IMG/VR virus record: IMGVR_UViG_3300048438_000153
Span: 62,001-126,000 of that record
Strand: one strand, 5' to 3'
DNA: 64,000 nucleotides
In this document: piece by piece, positions 20,081-29,740 of the stretch
Layout of the letters: the number at the start of each line of letters is the position of its first letter
How positions within the stretch are numbered: the stretch's first letter is position 1
Program-made: the position numbers and the translations under genes
The notes under the pieces: generated by a model
What the model was told of the DNA's origin: nothing
Databases searched by the model: none
What the model saw: the letters and a program-made list of their open reading frames with translations, nothing else

Positions 20081-20401
20081 ATGAACGAATGGGTCGTATA
20101 TGTCATTCAGAGTCAGCAACCTCGAAAGACAGCAAGTGGAAAGCCTACTGAGGGATTCTTCTACGTTGGGTGTACTACAGATGTTAGCCGTAGACTGAGA
20201 CAACACAACGGAGAAATAAGAGGTGGGGGTAAATATACATCAAAGCATAGACCTTGGAAGCTCATGTGTACCTATGGCACATACGCTAACAGATCTGAAG
20301 CTATGAAAGCAGAGTTAGCTCTTAAGAAGAAGCGAGGTAAGGCTAGGTTATACTGGACAGAGGAACAGTCTAAATGGTGCAGAGGCAAGAACCTCATTTA
20401 A
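20081..20401 (+). CDS. GIY-YIG nuclease, SLX1-like
   Basis: VVYVI...FYVGCTTDVSRRLRQHNGEIRGGGKYTSKHRPW...AMKAE. Confidence 0.88.
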   Translation: MNEWVVYVIQSQQPRKTASGKPTEGFFYVGCTTDVSRRLRQHNGEIRGGGKYTSKHRPWKLMCTYGTYANRSEAMKAELALKKKRGKARLYWTEEQSKWCRGKNLI

Positions 20402-21233
20402 GCTCTCTCACTTTGCCTTTCTTAAAAGAGGGCTCTATATCCCGTGTTTCGTATCGACCCTCTTCATTCCAACTTAGCTCTGTATAAAAGTATCTACCAT
20501 CAGCCTCAAAAGTAAGCTCTAAACCATCGGGATCTCTGTACAGGTCGAGATCTACCTTCTCAAATTTAGTCTGTATAGGTAAGCCATGTAGAGAAAGATA
20601 GTCTTTTAAAGCGGTTTCCAACTCTTCTGAGGTGACGTAAATATCATCTTCTCTATCTAACTCTCTCTGCATAAGAATGAGCATAGAGAAGAAACCAATA
20701 CCTCCCCCCGCTCTCTTCTCAAGAGACCCTGAATTCTTAGAGAGTAGCGCCTTGAGCTTCTCGTAGATCTCGTTGTTATTCTTACGATAGATCTCTCCTG
20801 AATCTGTGTGGAGAGAAAAGCGAGTGTCGCCATGTTGGAAACTATATATATTCCCAATGCCTCCCATACGTCTCCCACCACCTAAACTTGGGGATCTTCC
20901 CGTAGACCTTGCTCTCTGCATTAAGAACAGCGAAGGGTTCGCGCTTTTGTAATATCCGTCGTAGACCCTCTCTAAGTCTTGTATACACTTCCCTACGAAA
21001 TGGAAATGAACTCCATGAAATCTTACGTCCATCGTTATCTTCTTCTTGTCAGATAAGTCGATAGAAACATCAGAAACACCTCTTGTCGCTTTGACGTGGC
21101 TCTCTAGAAGTTTTTGCTCGCTCTCAAGAGTTACCTCTTCTCGACCCTTAAAAAGACCGAAGATCGCCTGCTTTTCGAGGCTTGCTACTCTCATCTCAAG
21201 GTAGTTGACTATTTCTGAAGCTGTTCTTCTCAT
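20394..21233 (-). CDS. hypothetical protein with MRRTASEI leader
   Basis: Leader MRRTASEIVNYLEMRVASLEKQA. The first domain is similar to that of 36865-37959. Confidence 0.7.
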   Translation of the reverse strand: MRRTASEIVNYLEMRVASLEKQAIFGLFKGREEVTLESEQKLLESHVKATRGVSDVSIDLSDKKKITMDVRFHGVHFHFVGKCIQDLERVYDGYYKSANPSLFLMQRARSTGRSPSLGGGRRMGGIGNIYSFQHGDTRFSLHTDSGEIYRKNNNEIYEKLKALLSKNSGSLEKRAGGGIGFFSMLILMQRELDREDDIYVTSEELETALKDYLSLHGLPIQTKFEKVDLDLYRDPDGLELTFEADGRYFYTELSWNEEGRYETRDIEPSFKKGKVRELK

Positions 21234-21288
21234 GTTCTTTCTCCGTTCAAGGGGCCGTCAATAAAGAAAGATGACTATAAAAGATTAA

Positions 21289-21555
21289 TCACTTAATCTC
21301 ATACATCTCAGGGAGAAACTCATCAAGTATTAACCGATGAGAGAAACCATCCCCTCGAACAATAAGTAAAGAGCTTGATAGGTAGTCCACACTATACTCA
21401 GGGTACATATTCTTGAGCATCCTATAAGCATCGTAAGGATAACCTAGAAAGAACAAAGATTTACCGTCAAGAGAGACTCGATCCTTATCGTGTCTACTCA
21501 TCTGAATAAAGATGTCCATCTTTGAGGGGTTTCTCTTCATAGAAAACCTCCCCAA
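21289..21555 (-). CDS. hypothetical protein
   Basis: ORF packed tightly between co-oriented genes. Confidence 0.5.
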   Translation of the reverse strand: MGRFSMKRNPSKMDIFIQMSRHDKDRVSLDGKSLFFLGYPYDAYRMLKNMYPEYSVDYLSSSLLIVRGDGFSHRLILDEFLPEMYEIK

Positions 21556-21556
21556 C

Positions 21557-21955
21557 CTAGCGATCCTGATCTTTCTCTGAAGAGTCTAACCCACCAAGAG
21601 GGTAACTCATCCAAGAATACCTCTTTCTCGTGTCTAGGTAGTTGATGAACTTGTCACATTCCCAAGCCTCTTGCTCAAACCTGATGGCAAGGTAAGAGTC
21701 GCGGGTGAAACCCTTCTTTCTGACGATCGCGCTCCACAGATAGTCGAACAAGTAAATCAGTAGGAAGCCAACTACGAAAGTCTCAAGATACTGCTGAAAG
21801 TGAATCGTCTCATGCCTCTTGGTTTCCTCACTGAGCGTGCCCCTAGAAAACACGAAACAGAAGAGAGTGATCGCGCTGATTTCAATAGGGGCAAACTTTG
21901 ATAGCCATACGGGAATCTTAGAATTCTCGAAGAAAAACGGTTTTAAGCACTTCAT
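21557..21955 (-). CDS. HExxH zincin-like protein
   Basis: RHETIHFQQ...IRFEQEA. Confidence 0.65.
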   Translation of the reverse strand: MKCLKPFFFENSKIPVWLSKFAPIEISAITLFCFVFSRGTLSEETKRHETIHFQQYLETFVVGFLLIYLFDYLWSAIVRKKGFTRDSYLAIRFEQEAWECDKFINYLDTRKRYSWMSYPLGGLDSSEKDQDR

Positions 21956-22029
21956 AAAGTCACTTTCCTTTCTCTGATAGGTTTTCTATCTATCCCCATA
22001 AGAAAATAACCGACTAAGGGGCAGAGATC

Positions 22030-22518
22030 ATGAGCACACGAAGTAGAGAGTTTAGAGACACACACGCGACGATGGCTAAGCTATGTCAAGTCGCCATCCG
22101 AGAAGTCGTGAAAATTCTGAGTAAGACCCAAGACCCTCTCGTCAGAACCATCGCGATGAGAAAGTTTAAGAACGGCTACAGGCTTCCTAGAGATACCCGA
22201 AGAATCTCTTTAGAGTTTATTACTCTTGGGAGGATATACGCGGAGAAAGAACGGACTTATGGAGGAAGCCGAGTGCCTTTCAGCCGGGATAAGGTTCAAC
22301 TCACTCTTGGTCAGTCAGTGGAGGTCAACACTCTTCTCAGAAACGCGATTCTGTGGGTCTACAGGTTTTGGTCACCGACAGCAATGGCGAAGCTACTCTT
22401 AAGAGGCGGTGGCTTAGAGTTCGTGGATCTCCACATCAGAGAATACGCGCTCCTCAGAAACATCGGATTGATCCACCGCATGAGGTACAGAGAGCTGTTG
22501 AGGCTATTCTTCACCTGA
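22030..22518 (+). CDS. hypothetical basic protein
   Basis: ORF with an RBS and the late-type motif TAGGTTTTCTAT at 21978-21989. Confidence 0.6.
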   Translation: MSTRSREFRDTHATMAKLCQVAIREVVKILSKTQDPLVRTIAMRKFKNGYRLPRDTRRISLEFITLGRIYAEKERTYGGSRVPFSRDKVQLTLGQSVEVNTLLRNAILWVYRFWSPTAMAKLLLRGGGLEFVDLHIREYALLRNIGLIHRMRYRELLRLFFT

Positions 22519-22582
22519 ACACCATCTTTTTTCTGATATATAATGCGCGTAACCACAACCACGCGCAGAGAAAGGACAGACG

Positions 22583-24175
22583 ATGGAAAGTGAAAAGCTA
22601 CTCTCCACCATCGAGAAACTAAGAAAGATCAGGACGAAAGAAGATCTCAAAGCACCCCCCTCAACGATTCTCAAGACTACCCTTGATAACGGCGCTCCAC
22701 TCACTTTGAGGCAGTATCAGATACAGGGGATTCTCCATCTCCTCGCCATGCCCCGATTCGTTCTCGGTGATGATACAGGTCTAGGCAAGACCTTGCAGAC
22801 GATATCAGCTCTTTCTTACTTGTGGGAGAAGAAGCCCGAAATCCCCGCCCTCATCTGCACCACCAAGAGTGCCGTGGGGCAGTGGGAATCAGAGTTTGCT
22901 CGATTCACTAATGGTGTGAAGATATTCAAGTGTCTCGGCACAAAGAAAAAGAGAGCTAAGATTCACGAGGAGTTTCAGAGCTACTCAGACGGACCGAAAG
23001 CTCTTGTGATGGGCTACCGTACCGCTGTCATGGACTTCCAACACCTACAGCACATGAACGGTCATGTGATGATCTTTGATGAGGCTACCGCTTTTAAGAA
23101 TGACTCATCTCAAGTCCATCAGGTATGTAAGCACCTAGCGGGATCTGCGGAGCGCGTTTGGAGTCTTTCTGCGACTATCATCAAGAACAGGCTCATGGAG
23201 GCGTGGGCGATCTATAAGGTCACTGTCCCTCACCTCTTCACGACTAAGACTCACTTTATGAGAGAATACTGCATCACCCGCGATCAGACCCTCCCTGGCG
23301 GTAGGCGACGCATTAAGATCGTCGTAGGCCACAGAAAGAGAGACATCGAGGCTTTTCGAGAGGTCATCGACCCCTATTTCATTGGGCGTCCCAAGCACGA
23401 AGTGGCTCAGGAGCTACCCCCTCTCACGACTAAGACAATCCCATGCCCCCTCTCGAAAGCTCAGAAAGCGAAATATGAGGAGGCGCTACAGGGACTCTTA
23501 GAGGTCATCGACCCCGAAACAGGTGAGGTGATAGAAAGAGAAGTGACGAAGCTCACAGCAGTCACCATCTGTCAGCAAATAGTCAATCACCCCTCTCTCG
23601 TTAACTGTGATGGAGACAGTGGGAAGCTCGACACTCTGATCGACCTCCTAGAGAATGAGTTGGACGGCGAGAAAGTAATCGTGTTCTCGCGCTTCAGGTC
23701 GATGGTTGATATTCTTGAAGCTGAGCTAGAGGGCAGAAAGATCAAGACCTGTCGAATCACAGGGGCGGAGAACGGCGATCAGCGCGTGGCGAGTCAGAAA
23801 GCATTTCAAGACCCTGAGAATGAGACGAGAGTGTGTCTCATCACAATGGCCGCCGCTGAGGGTGTCAACTTACAGCTTGCAAAGGCTGTTGTGTTCTACG
23901 ACACCCCTTGGAGCGCGGGTGACTACCTTCAGATTATTGGTCGCATGATCCGTATCGGGTCTATCCACGATAGGGTCTTTTCCTACCACATCTGCGCCCC
24001 CAAGACGATTGATGATCGCGTGATGAAAACACTAGGGGTCAAGATGAACCTCATCGAGTCTGTGCTCGGAAAGAGACTTAAGTCTGAGACAGATGGAGAG
24101 TCCGTTGTAGAGATGGGACAATCGGAGGTAGCCGACCTCTTTGATGGTCTTTTGGAGGACGCTAGAAGCCTGTAG
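22583..24175 (+). CDS. SNF2-family SF2 helicase/ATPase
   Basis: Motifs LGDDTGLGKT (I), IFDEA (II), SAT (III), EGVNLQ and QIIGRMIRIG (VI). Confidence 0.93.
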   Translation: MESEKLLSTIEKLRKIRTKEDLKAPPSTILKTTLDNGAPLTLRQYQIQGILHLLAMPRFVLGDDTGLGKTLQTISALSYLWEKKPEIPALICTTKSAVGQWESEFARFTNGVKIFKCLGTKKKRAKIHEEFQSYSDGPKALVMGYRTAVMDFQHLQHMNGHVMIFDEATAFKNDSSQVHQVCKHLAGSAERVWSLSATIIKNRLMEAWAIYKVTVPHLFTTKTHFMREYCITRDQTLPGGRRRIKIVVGHRKRDIEAFREVIDPYFIGRPKHEVAQELPPLTTKTIPCPLSKAQKAKYEEALQGLLEVIDPETGEVIEREVTKLTAVTICQQIVNHPSLVNCDGDSGKLDTLIDLLENELDGEKVIVFSRFRSMVDILEAELEGRKIKTCRITGAENGDQRVASQKAFQDPENETRVCLITMAAAEGVNLQLAKAVVFYDTPWSAGDYLQIIGRMIRIGSIHDRVFSYHICAPKTIDDRVMKTLGVKMNLIESVLGKRLKSETDGESVVEMGQSEVADLFDGLLEDARSL

Positions 24176-24247
24176 AAAAACTGCTCTGACCTCCGCTTAT
24201 TCTGATATGGGTAAGACATACTTACCACAGAGATGAAAGGAGAGGTC

Positions 24248-24985
24248 ATGGCGGTCTGCAAGAAGTGTCACGGACACGGTTATGTCCAAGTGGACGAGGG
24301 GCATTATGGGATGCCTCAAGCCGTCCCTTGTTCATGCGTGCTTAAGAGAGCCCTGAGCGTCCAAGCGAGAAAGGCTTGGGGAGGGCTCGAAATCGTACCT
24401 GTTAAGAGAAGCAGTTTACTCAAAGGAAAGATTCGCGAGAACATCGTAGTCACGGCGAACAAGGCTGATCTGATGATCCACCTCAGATCAGCTCTCGCAC
24501 ACCACGCCCGACCTGAAGAGTTCGTAAAAGTAGTTTCTGACGCAACTCTTATTTCTGCTTGGCTCTCAAACCTCGCGCGCTCTGACAAGGATGTGATCGA
24601 CCCCGACTACATCCGTGAGCTGAGAGTGGCGAGCTTAGAAGACTTGGCTGAGTCACCTACTCTCCTCATCATTCGACTTGGCGTTAAGACAGCTAGAAAT
24701 AGCGCGATGCCTGAAGTACTCGCTGAGACGATTGAGCTGAGACAACACTTAGGTAAGCCAACTTGGGTTGTGGAAGAAACAGATAAGCCCTTAGAAGAAG
24801 GTCATATTTCATGGTCTAGGGCTGTGGATGACGCGCTTGATGGTTGGGAGCAAGTACCTCTCATGGGTACAGCTAAAGCAACAAAGCCTATTCAGAGAAA
24901 GGGTGGAGGACTTACTGTTCAGGACGTAAGCTCCAACACCGCTCAAGGACTCCCTCAAGCCCGACATAAGACGATGAAACTATGA
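24248..24985 (+). CDS. DnaC/IstB-like helicase-loader homologue (Zn finger + degenerate ATPase)
   Basis: CKKCHGHG...PCSC Zn finger, LLIIRLG at the Walker-B-like position, IELRQHLGKPTWV. Directly upstream of DnaB. No canonical Walker A seen. Confidence 0.55.
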   Translation: MAVCKKCHGHGYVQVDEGHYGMPQAVPCSCVLKRALSVQARKAWGGLEIVPVKRSSLLKGKIRENIVVTANKADLMIHLRSALAHHARPEEFVKVVSDATLISAWLSNLARSDKDVIDPDYIRELRVASLEDLAESPTLLIIRLGVKTARNSAMPEVLAETIELRQHLGKPTWVVEETDKPLEEGHISWSRAVDDALDGWEQVPLMGTAKATKPIQRKGGGLTVQDVSSNTAQGLPQARHKTMKL

Positions 24986-26493
24986 AGATTCTTAGAAGCA
25001 TATTACCTGACCCCCGCATTGGCGACGACGCTAAAGCGATGCTCCAAAACTACTCTGCGCTCAGGGAGTCTATCTTAAGGTTCGATCTCCCAACTGACGT
25101 GACGATCTATGAGTACATCAAAGACTTCGTTTCTCAGCACTCTCACCTACCTGTGCAGAACACCGCCATTCAGTTTTTCGACTCAAATAATCAATACGAT
25201 GAAGCTGACCGAATCCGTTCCCTCGCCTCTGTCGATCCCGCTTATCGTGGAGACTTCATCTTCTTAATTGAGAAGCAAGTAGAGGACGCGAGGGTTATTT
25301 CCCTGAGTGAGACAATGGCTCAGGTGAAAGAAATCACTCGAAATGGGATCGAGATCAAAGAGGGAAAGAAAAAGCGTATTCTTAAGGGAGCGCGTGACGC
25401 GGGGAAGTACATATTTCAGCAACTACATGGAGTGATGACACCTACGTTCGGATCGCGCATTGGAGGCGAGGCGCTCGGTGATGGAGATGAGTTTTGGGAG
25501 GAGTATCAGAAAGTAAAGGACACTAAAGTAGAAGTCTTACCAAAAACAGGACTTGAAGTAATCGACAACGCTCTCGGAGGCTTTAAGAGGAAAGAACTTT
25601 ACATCATCGCGGGCTTCACAGGACACATGAAGTCTAGGTCAGCACTTAATTGGGTCTACAATCAGAGCGTCTATGGAGGCACGAGCACGATCTATTTCTC
25701 TCTTGAAATGCACTACTCCCAATGTCGTAGGATGATCTATTGCTTTCACAGTATGCACCCTAAGTTCCGCGCTAAGAGAATGGCTCTCGACATCCAAAAG
25801 CACGCTAACCCTGATGTGGGACTCGACCCTATCAAGATGCGTGAAGCGAAGCTCAGTCAAGATGAAGAGGCTTTTCTGAAAGAGGTCGTTCAAGACCTGA
25901 AAGAGAACATGGAGAATGGCACTTACGGCTCGATCTTCTTTGAGGTCGCTGATCCTGACAGCCTCGATTTCACTGTCGAGGACATGAGGACTAAGGCAGA
26001 AGCCATCTCTCAGAAACACCCCATCAAATTGGTCGTAGTAGACCACGCTCTCTTAATGTCGAGTAGGCGGTGGGTCAACTCTACTACAGAGCGACTCAAT
26101 GAGGTGATACGCGACCTCAAGAAAACCGCTATGGGCTTTAATCGTGGTCAGGGTGTCCCTATCCTGTGCCTCTTTCAGATTAACCGCGAGGGCTTCAAAG
26201 CGGCTGAAAAGAACAACGGCACTTACAACCTCACTCACCTTTCCTACGCTAACGAAGCTGAACGCTCTGCTGACGTGGTAATCGCGGGTTGGTTCGGTGA
26301 TGATATGCGTGAGAAGAGCATGATTAAGTATCAGTGTCTGAAGTCTCGCGACCAAGCTCCTTTCGAGGCTTTCGAGGCTCAGGTGTCTTGGCCTGTTGGT
26401 CGTATTCTGAACACACCTCTAAACTTTAATATGGGGTCGTCTTCCAAGTCAGGCGGTAAAGCTAAAGCAGACCCTTTAGATGACGTCGTGTAA
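24982..26493 (+). CDS. dnaB: DnaB-like replicative helicase
   Basis: TGLEVIDNALGGF, IIAGFTGHMKS (Walker A), FSLEM, VVVDH, QINREG, ERSAD, KSR. Confidence 0.9.
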   Translation: MKILRSILPDPRIGDDAKAMLQNYSALRESILRFDLPTDVTIYEYIKDFVSQHSHLPVQNTAIQFFDSNNQYDEADRIRSLASVDPAYRGDFIFLIEKQVEDARVISLSETMAQVKEITRNGIEIKEGKKKRILKGARDAGKYIFQQLHGVMTPTFGSRIGGEALGDGDEFWEEYQKVKDTKVEVLPKTGLEVIDNALGGFKRKELYIIAGFTGHMKSRSALNWVYNQSVYGGTSTIYFSLEMHYSQCRRMIYCFHSMHPKFRAKRMALDIQKHANPDVGLDPIKMREAKLSQDEEAFLKEVVQDLKENMENGTYGSIFFEVADPDSLDFTVEDMRTKAEAISQKHPIKLVVVDHALLMSSRRWVNSTTERLNEVIRDLKKTAMGFNRGQGVPILCLFQINREGFKAAEKNNGTYNLTHLSYANEAERSADVVIAGWFGDDMREKSMIKYQCLKSRDQAPFEAFEAQVSWPVGRILNTPLNFNMGSSSKSGGKAKADPLDDVV

Positions 26494-26503
26494 TGGAAAG
26501 AAA

Positions 26504-26857
26504 ATGGACTCTGATCAGATCTACAAAAAAATCTTAGAATTGCAAAGAAAGAGCAAGTTGGAAAGAAAAGGAGACTGCCTTTACTTTGTGCAGGCGAGAG
26601 GAACAGGTCGCATTAAGATCGGCCGGTCAAAAAACCCTAAAAGACGACTACAGTCTTTACAGACAGGGAACGCGAAAGAGCTCAGACTCATCGCCTCTCT
26701 CGAAGGGTTAGGGTGGCGAGAAAGAAATATCCACGAGAGACTCAGAGAATGGAGAGTTTCAGGGGAGTGGTTCGACTACGATTGTGTAGGAAACATCCCC
26801 GATGAAATCTATGATCTTATCCCCTATGGGGGGCTAGATGATTGGTGGATTGAATGA
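26504..26857 (+). CDS. T5orf172/MUG113-type GIY-YIG domain protein
   Basis: LYFVQ...IKIGRSKNPKRRLQSLQTGN...E..IH...RVSGEWF. Confidence 0.85.
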   Translation: MDSDQIYKKILELQRKSKLERKGDCLYFVQARGTGRIKIGRSKNPKRRLQSLQTGNAKELRLIASLEGLGWRERNIHERLREWRVSGEWFDYDCVGNIPDEIYDLIPYGGLDDWWIE

Positions 26858-27012
26858 ACCCTGAAGAGTGTATGCTCGTCGCTTCTTTCTTAACAATCAT
26901 CGCGACACAACCCAAACGCCCCACTGAGTATGACCCACTCAAGAAAGTGGGTGTGTTCTGTCTTTATGCGCTTATTTTGTTCTACCTCAATCAAATACTA
27001 TATGGAGTGTAA
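26854..27012 (+). CDS. small membrane protein (52 aa, below the track cutoff)
   Basis: MNPEECMLVASFLTIIATQPKRPTEYDPLKKVGVFCLYALILFYLNQILYGV*, with ATGA overlap with the upstream stop. Confidence 0.5.
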   Translation: MNPEECMLVASFLTIIATQPKRPTEYDPLKKVGVFCLYALILFYLNQILYGV

Positions 27013-27042
27013 GTCTTACTTTAACACACACTCAAAAAAGAG

Positions 27043-27393
27043 GTGAACATGACATTTGAAGAGCTGAGAAAGACCACAAGGACTCCCATTGACTGTATCT
27101 GTGGCGGTAATGGAGTTATACTCTCGACAAAGAAGCCTTGTGCAGAACACTTCCTCTACTCAACAGACGAGGAGTTCAGACTTGAATCTCTTCGTCTTGT
27201 ATACGCTAACTTCCGCGCCTACGTCGTGGCTCAGGCTAAGGCACTTAAGGATACCGCCCCACACCTCCCTAAGAACTCAAAGCAAGTCGATGAGGTGGTC
27301 AAGGCGATCTTCAACCCAACCACGCCTGAAGAGTGGGTCACAGCGATCCGTAACTACATCCTCTCTGCCCTCTTCTATTTCATCTGCGATTAA
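27043..27393 (+). CDS. hypothetical protein (CxC...CxxH)
   Basis: ORF within the replication operon. Confidence 0.6.
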   Translation: MNMTFEELRKTTRTPIDCICGGNGVILSTKKPCAEHFLYSTDEEFRLESLRLVYANFRAYVVAQAKALKDTAPHLPKNSKQVDEVVKAIFNPTTPEEWVTAIRNYILSALFYFICD

Positions 27394-27405
27394 GGATAGA
27401 GAACA

Positions 27406-27951
27406 GTGAGCAAGCGAGCCGAGCGCATCAAGGAAGAAATCTCAATCTTAAAGGTTCTTTCCGACTACGGCTACGATGTCTATGAGGGAGGGGGAGAACA
27501 GCAGTTCCGCTGTGATCTTCATGGAGACGGATCAGATAATGCTCCGAGCGCGAGAGCCTACCCTGAGTCTAACTCTTTCTTCTGCTTCGCCTGTGGTAGA
27601 CCTAGAGACAGCATCGCTCTCGTCATGGAGAAAGAGGGCGCGGAGTTCTCAAAAGCCTGTTCTCTAATAGAAAAAAAATACGGCCTTTCTGAATGGGTCT
27701 ACAAGAAGAAAGAAGACCCATTCGAGCGAGCTGAGAGAGAGGCTGAAGCGCCCTTAGACAATCGCGCTGAGATGGAGAGGAGAGTTGGGTCTAAACTCTT
27801 TTTTCTCACTAGAGAACGAACCCTCGATTTAAGTACCATGCTAAGACTTTGGGAAGGGTATGATTTGATCTGTTCGCTAGATCATCAATCACCCGATCAT
27901 TGGAGGAAACTCCTCCGACAAATACCCCAAAGGCAAGACGATGAGTGCTGA
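27406..27951 (+). CDS. CHC2 zinc-finger protein (primase N-terminal domain, no TOPRIM)
   Basis: FRCDLHGDGSDNAPS...FFCFACG...DSIALVMEKEGAEF. Confidence 0.85.
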   Translation: MSKRAERIKEEISILKVLSDYGYDVYEGGGEQQFRCDLHGDGSDNAPSARAYPESNSFFCFACGRPRDSIALVMEKEGAEFSKACSLIEKKYGLSEWVYKKKEDPFERAEREAEAPLDNRAEMERRVGSKLFFLTRERTLDLSTMLRLWEGYDLICSLDHQSPDHWRKLLRQIPQRQDDEC

Positions 27952-28261
27952 CGAAAATGACCTAGACATAGCCGAAATCTTTTACGCATCCTTAACCCTA
28001 GTTGCAGAGCAAGCGCAGTCCCCTTCTGATCTCCTTAAAGTGTGGATCAGCTTAGGGAAACGCATCGGGATAGATGAGATCATACCCCACCTCAAAGTCG
28101 TTCTTTATGAGAGCGAAGAGGGGGACAGAAATATCGTGGGGATCGTGGGCGCTCCCTCTGAAGATGTAGTAACTCATATTAGCTCAGAAAGAGTCTTTAA
28201 CGAGATGCTCTGTCAAGCCTCAGTGAGAGCACTAGAGGAAATGAAAGAGACGTATCACTAA
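27941..28261 (+). CDS. hypothetical protein
   Basis: Overlapping operon ORF. Confidence 0.6.
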   Translation: MSADENDLDIAEIFYASLTLVAEQAQSPSDLLKVWISLGKRIGIDEIIPHLKVVLYESEEGDRNIVGIVGAPSEDVVTHISSERVFNEMLCQASVRALEEMKETYH

Positions 28262-28698
28262 TGATCTACAGGCGAGACGGACTCATCTTCACGAAGTTCA
28301 CAGACCCTCATTGGGCGAATCCTAAAGTAGCTCGGATTATGCCCACCCATGAAGGGGGTTCTTGGGGATCTTTCTTAGAGCTGAAAGACACCGAGTGGGC
28401 TCGATTCATTGATGAGGTGTCTCCCGAGTCAATAGAGAGAGCACTACAGGGCGACTCTACGCCCCTAATGAAAGAGGGTCTGCGCGACCCTAGAGGATGC
28501 CTGAAGAGATCCCCTCTTGAGAGAGAGTGCGCCGACGCGAAAGGGTGTACCTCATTTAAGAAATCAGTGTGTTCGTCTGCCTCGAAAAAGACACCTGAGT
28601 GCTTCGCTATTTCTAGGGAGTTACCCCCCTCAGTTCGAGTCCTTCTTTCTGCGTGGAAAGAAGGCTATTATGTAGTCAGAGAAAGGATCAAGACATGA
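28261..28698 (+). CDS. hypothetical Cys-containing protein
   Basis: Operon ORF with coupled stop/start and 5 Cys. Confidence 0.6.
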   Translation: MIYRRDGLIFTKFTDPHWANPKVARIMPTHEGGSWGSFLELKDTEWARFIDEVSPESIERALQGDSTPLMKEGLRDPRGCLKRSPLERECADAKGCTSFKKSVCSSASKKTPECFAISRELPPSVRVLLSAWKEGYYVVRERIKT

Positions 28699-29336
28699 GA
28701 GCTTTAAGCCCGTCTAATCGTAGGGTCTACCCTAACCAACCACAAAACAGCTCAGGCAAGTTGAGCAATAACTCTGAGTACTACGGAGACTTGACGGTCG
28801 CAGATAACAACATCTACCTCTACCAAGACATCACTCCGAAAGCGATGATGGAGCTTGGTATTGCGATCAAGAGCCTGAACAATCAGATTATCTCTCTCAT
28901 CAGTGAGCTAGAGATGTCGAGCGCGCCCACTATCCACCTCCACATCAACTCAGGTGGAGGGTGCGCTTTCAGTGGTCTCGCAGGAGCGAGCCATATCCTT
29001 AACTCTCAAATTCCTGTATCCACCTACGTCGAGGGAAGAGCGGCTTCAGCCGCTACTATTCTTTCTAGCGTGGGCGCGCACAGGTACATCACCGAACACA
29101 GCTTCATGCTAATCCATCAAGTCTCGACAGGTGTGTGGGGGACTTACGAAAACTTGAATGACGAGAAAGAAAGCATGGACTCTCTCATGGAGATGCTTGA
29201 ATCTATTTACCTCAAGCACACCAAGATGAAGAAGAAACAGCTCAAGCAACTCTTAAAGAGGGATCTTTGGATGAACCCTGAGAAATGCTTGGAGCTCGGG
29301 CTTGTTGACGAGATCATCAAGTACGAGCGCACTTGA
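28695..29336 (+). CDS. clpP: ClpP-family serine protease
   Basis: LHINSGGG, AASAAT (catalytic Ser), MLIHQ (His), RDLWM...ELGLVDEI. Start at the ATGA overlap, 28695. Confidence 0.9.
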   Translation: MRALSPSNRRVYPNQPQNSSGKLSNNSEYYGDLTVADNNIYLYQDITPKAMMELGIAIKSLNNQIISLISELEMSSAPTIHLHINSGGGCAFSGLAGASHILNSQIPVSTYVEGRAASAATILSSVGAHRYITEHSFMLIHQVSTGVWGTYENLNDEKESMDSLMEMLESIYLKHTKMKKKQLKQLLKRDLWMNPEKCLELGLVDEIIKYERT

Positions 29337-29385
29337 GTTTTCTTTCTACATCCTTATCTATGTCAACAGCTATGGGAGAAAGAAC

Positions 29386-29736
29386 ATGAAAAGAACAGCA
29401 TCCGAAATTCTCAGTGACCTCGACAGGCGACTCGCACGTTTAGAAAGGACAGCATCAAGAGGTATAAGTGACGGCACTACAGAAGAGCTTCTTGACCGCA
29501 TCAACGACGAATACACCGAGTGGGTTGGGTGGCAATACCCGACGACTCTTAACCAAAGAAAAGACGGCGTTACCCTCGTTTCAGTCGAGGACTACTACGC
29601 AGTAATATGGGTCGGCTTCGGTGAGGGCGAAGACGAGATCATTGACATCACAAAGAATATGAGCAGAGCGAAGAGAATCTATCAGTCATTGAAGTTTGAC
29701 CCTATTCGCTACCCCCACTATCGCTTTAACACCTGA
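29386..29736 (+). CDS. hypothetical protein with MKRTASEI leader
   Basis: RBS ggagaaagaacATG; leader MKRTASEILSDLDRRLARLERTAS. Confidence 0.7.
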   Translation: MKRTASEILSDLDRRLARLERTASRGISDGTTEELLDRINDEYTEWVGWQYPTTLNQRKDGVTLVSVEDYYAVIWVGFGEGEDEIIDITKNMSRAKRIYQSLKFDPIRYPHYRFNT

Positions 29737-29740
29737 ATCA

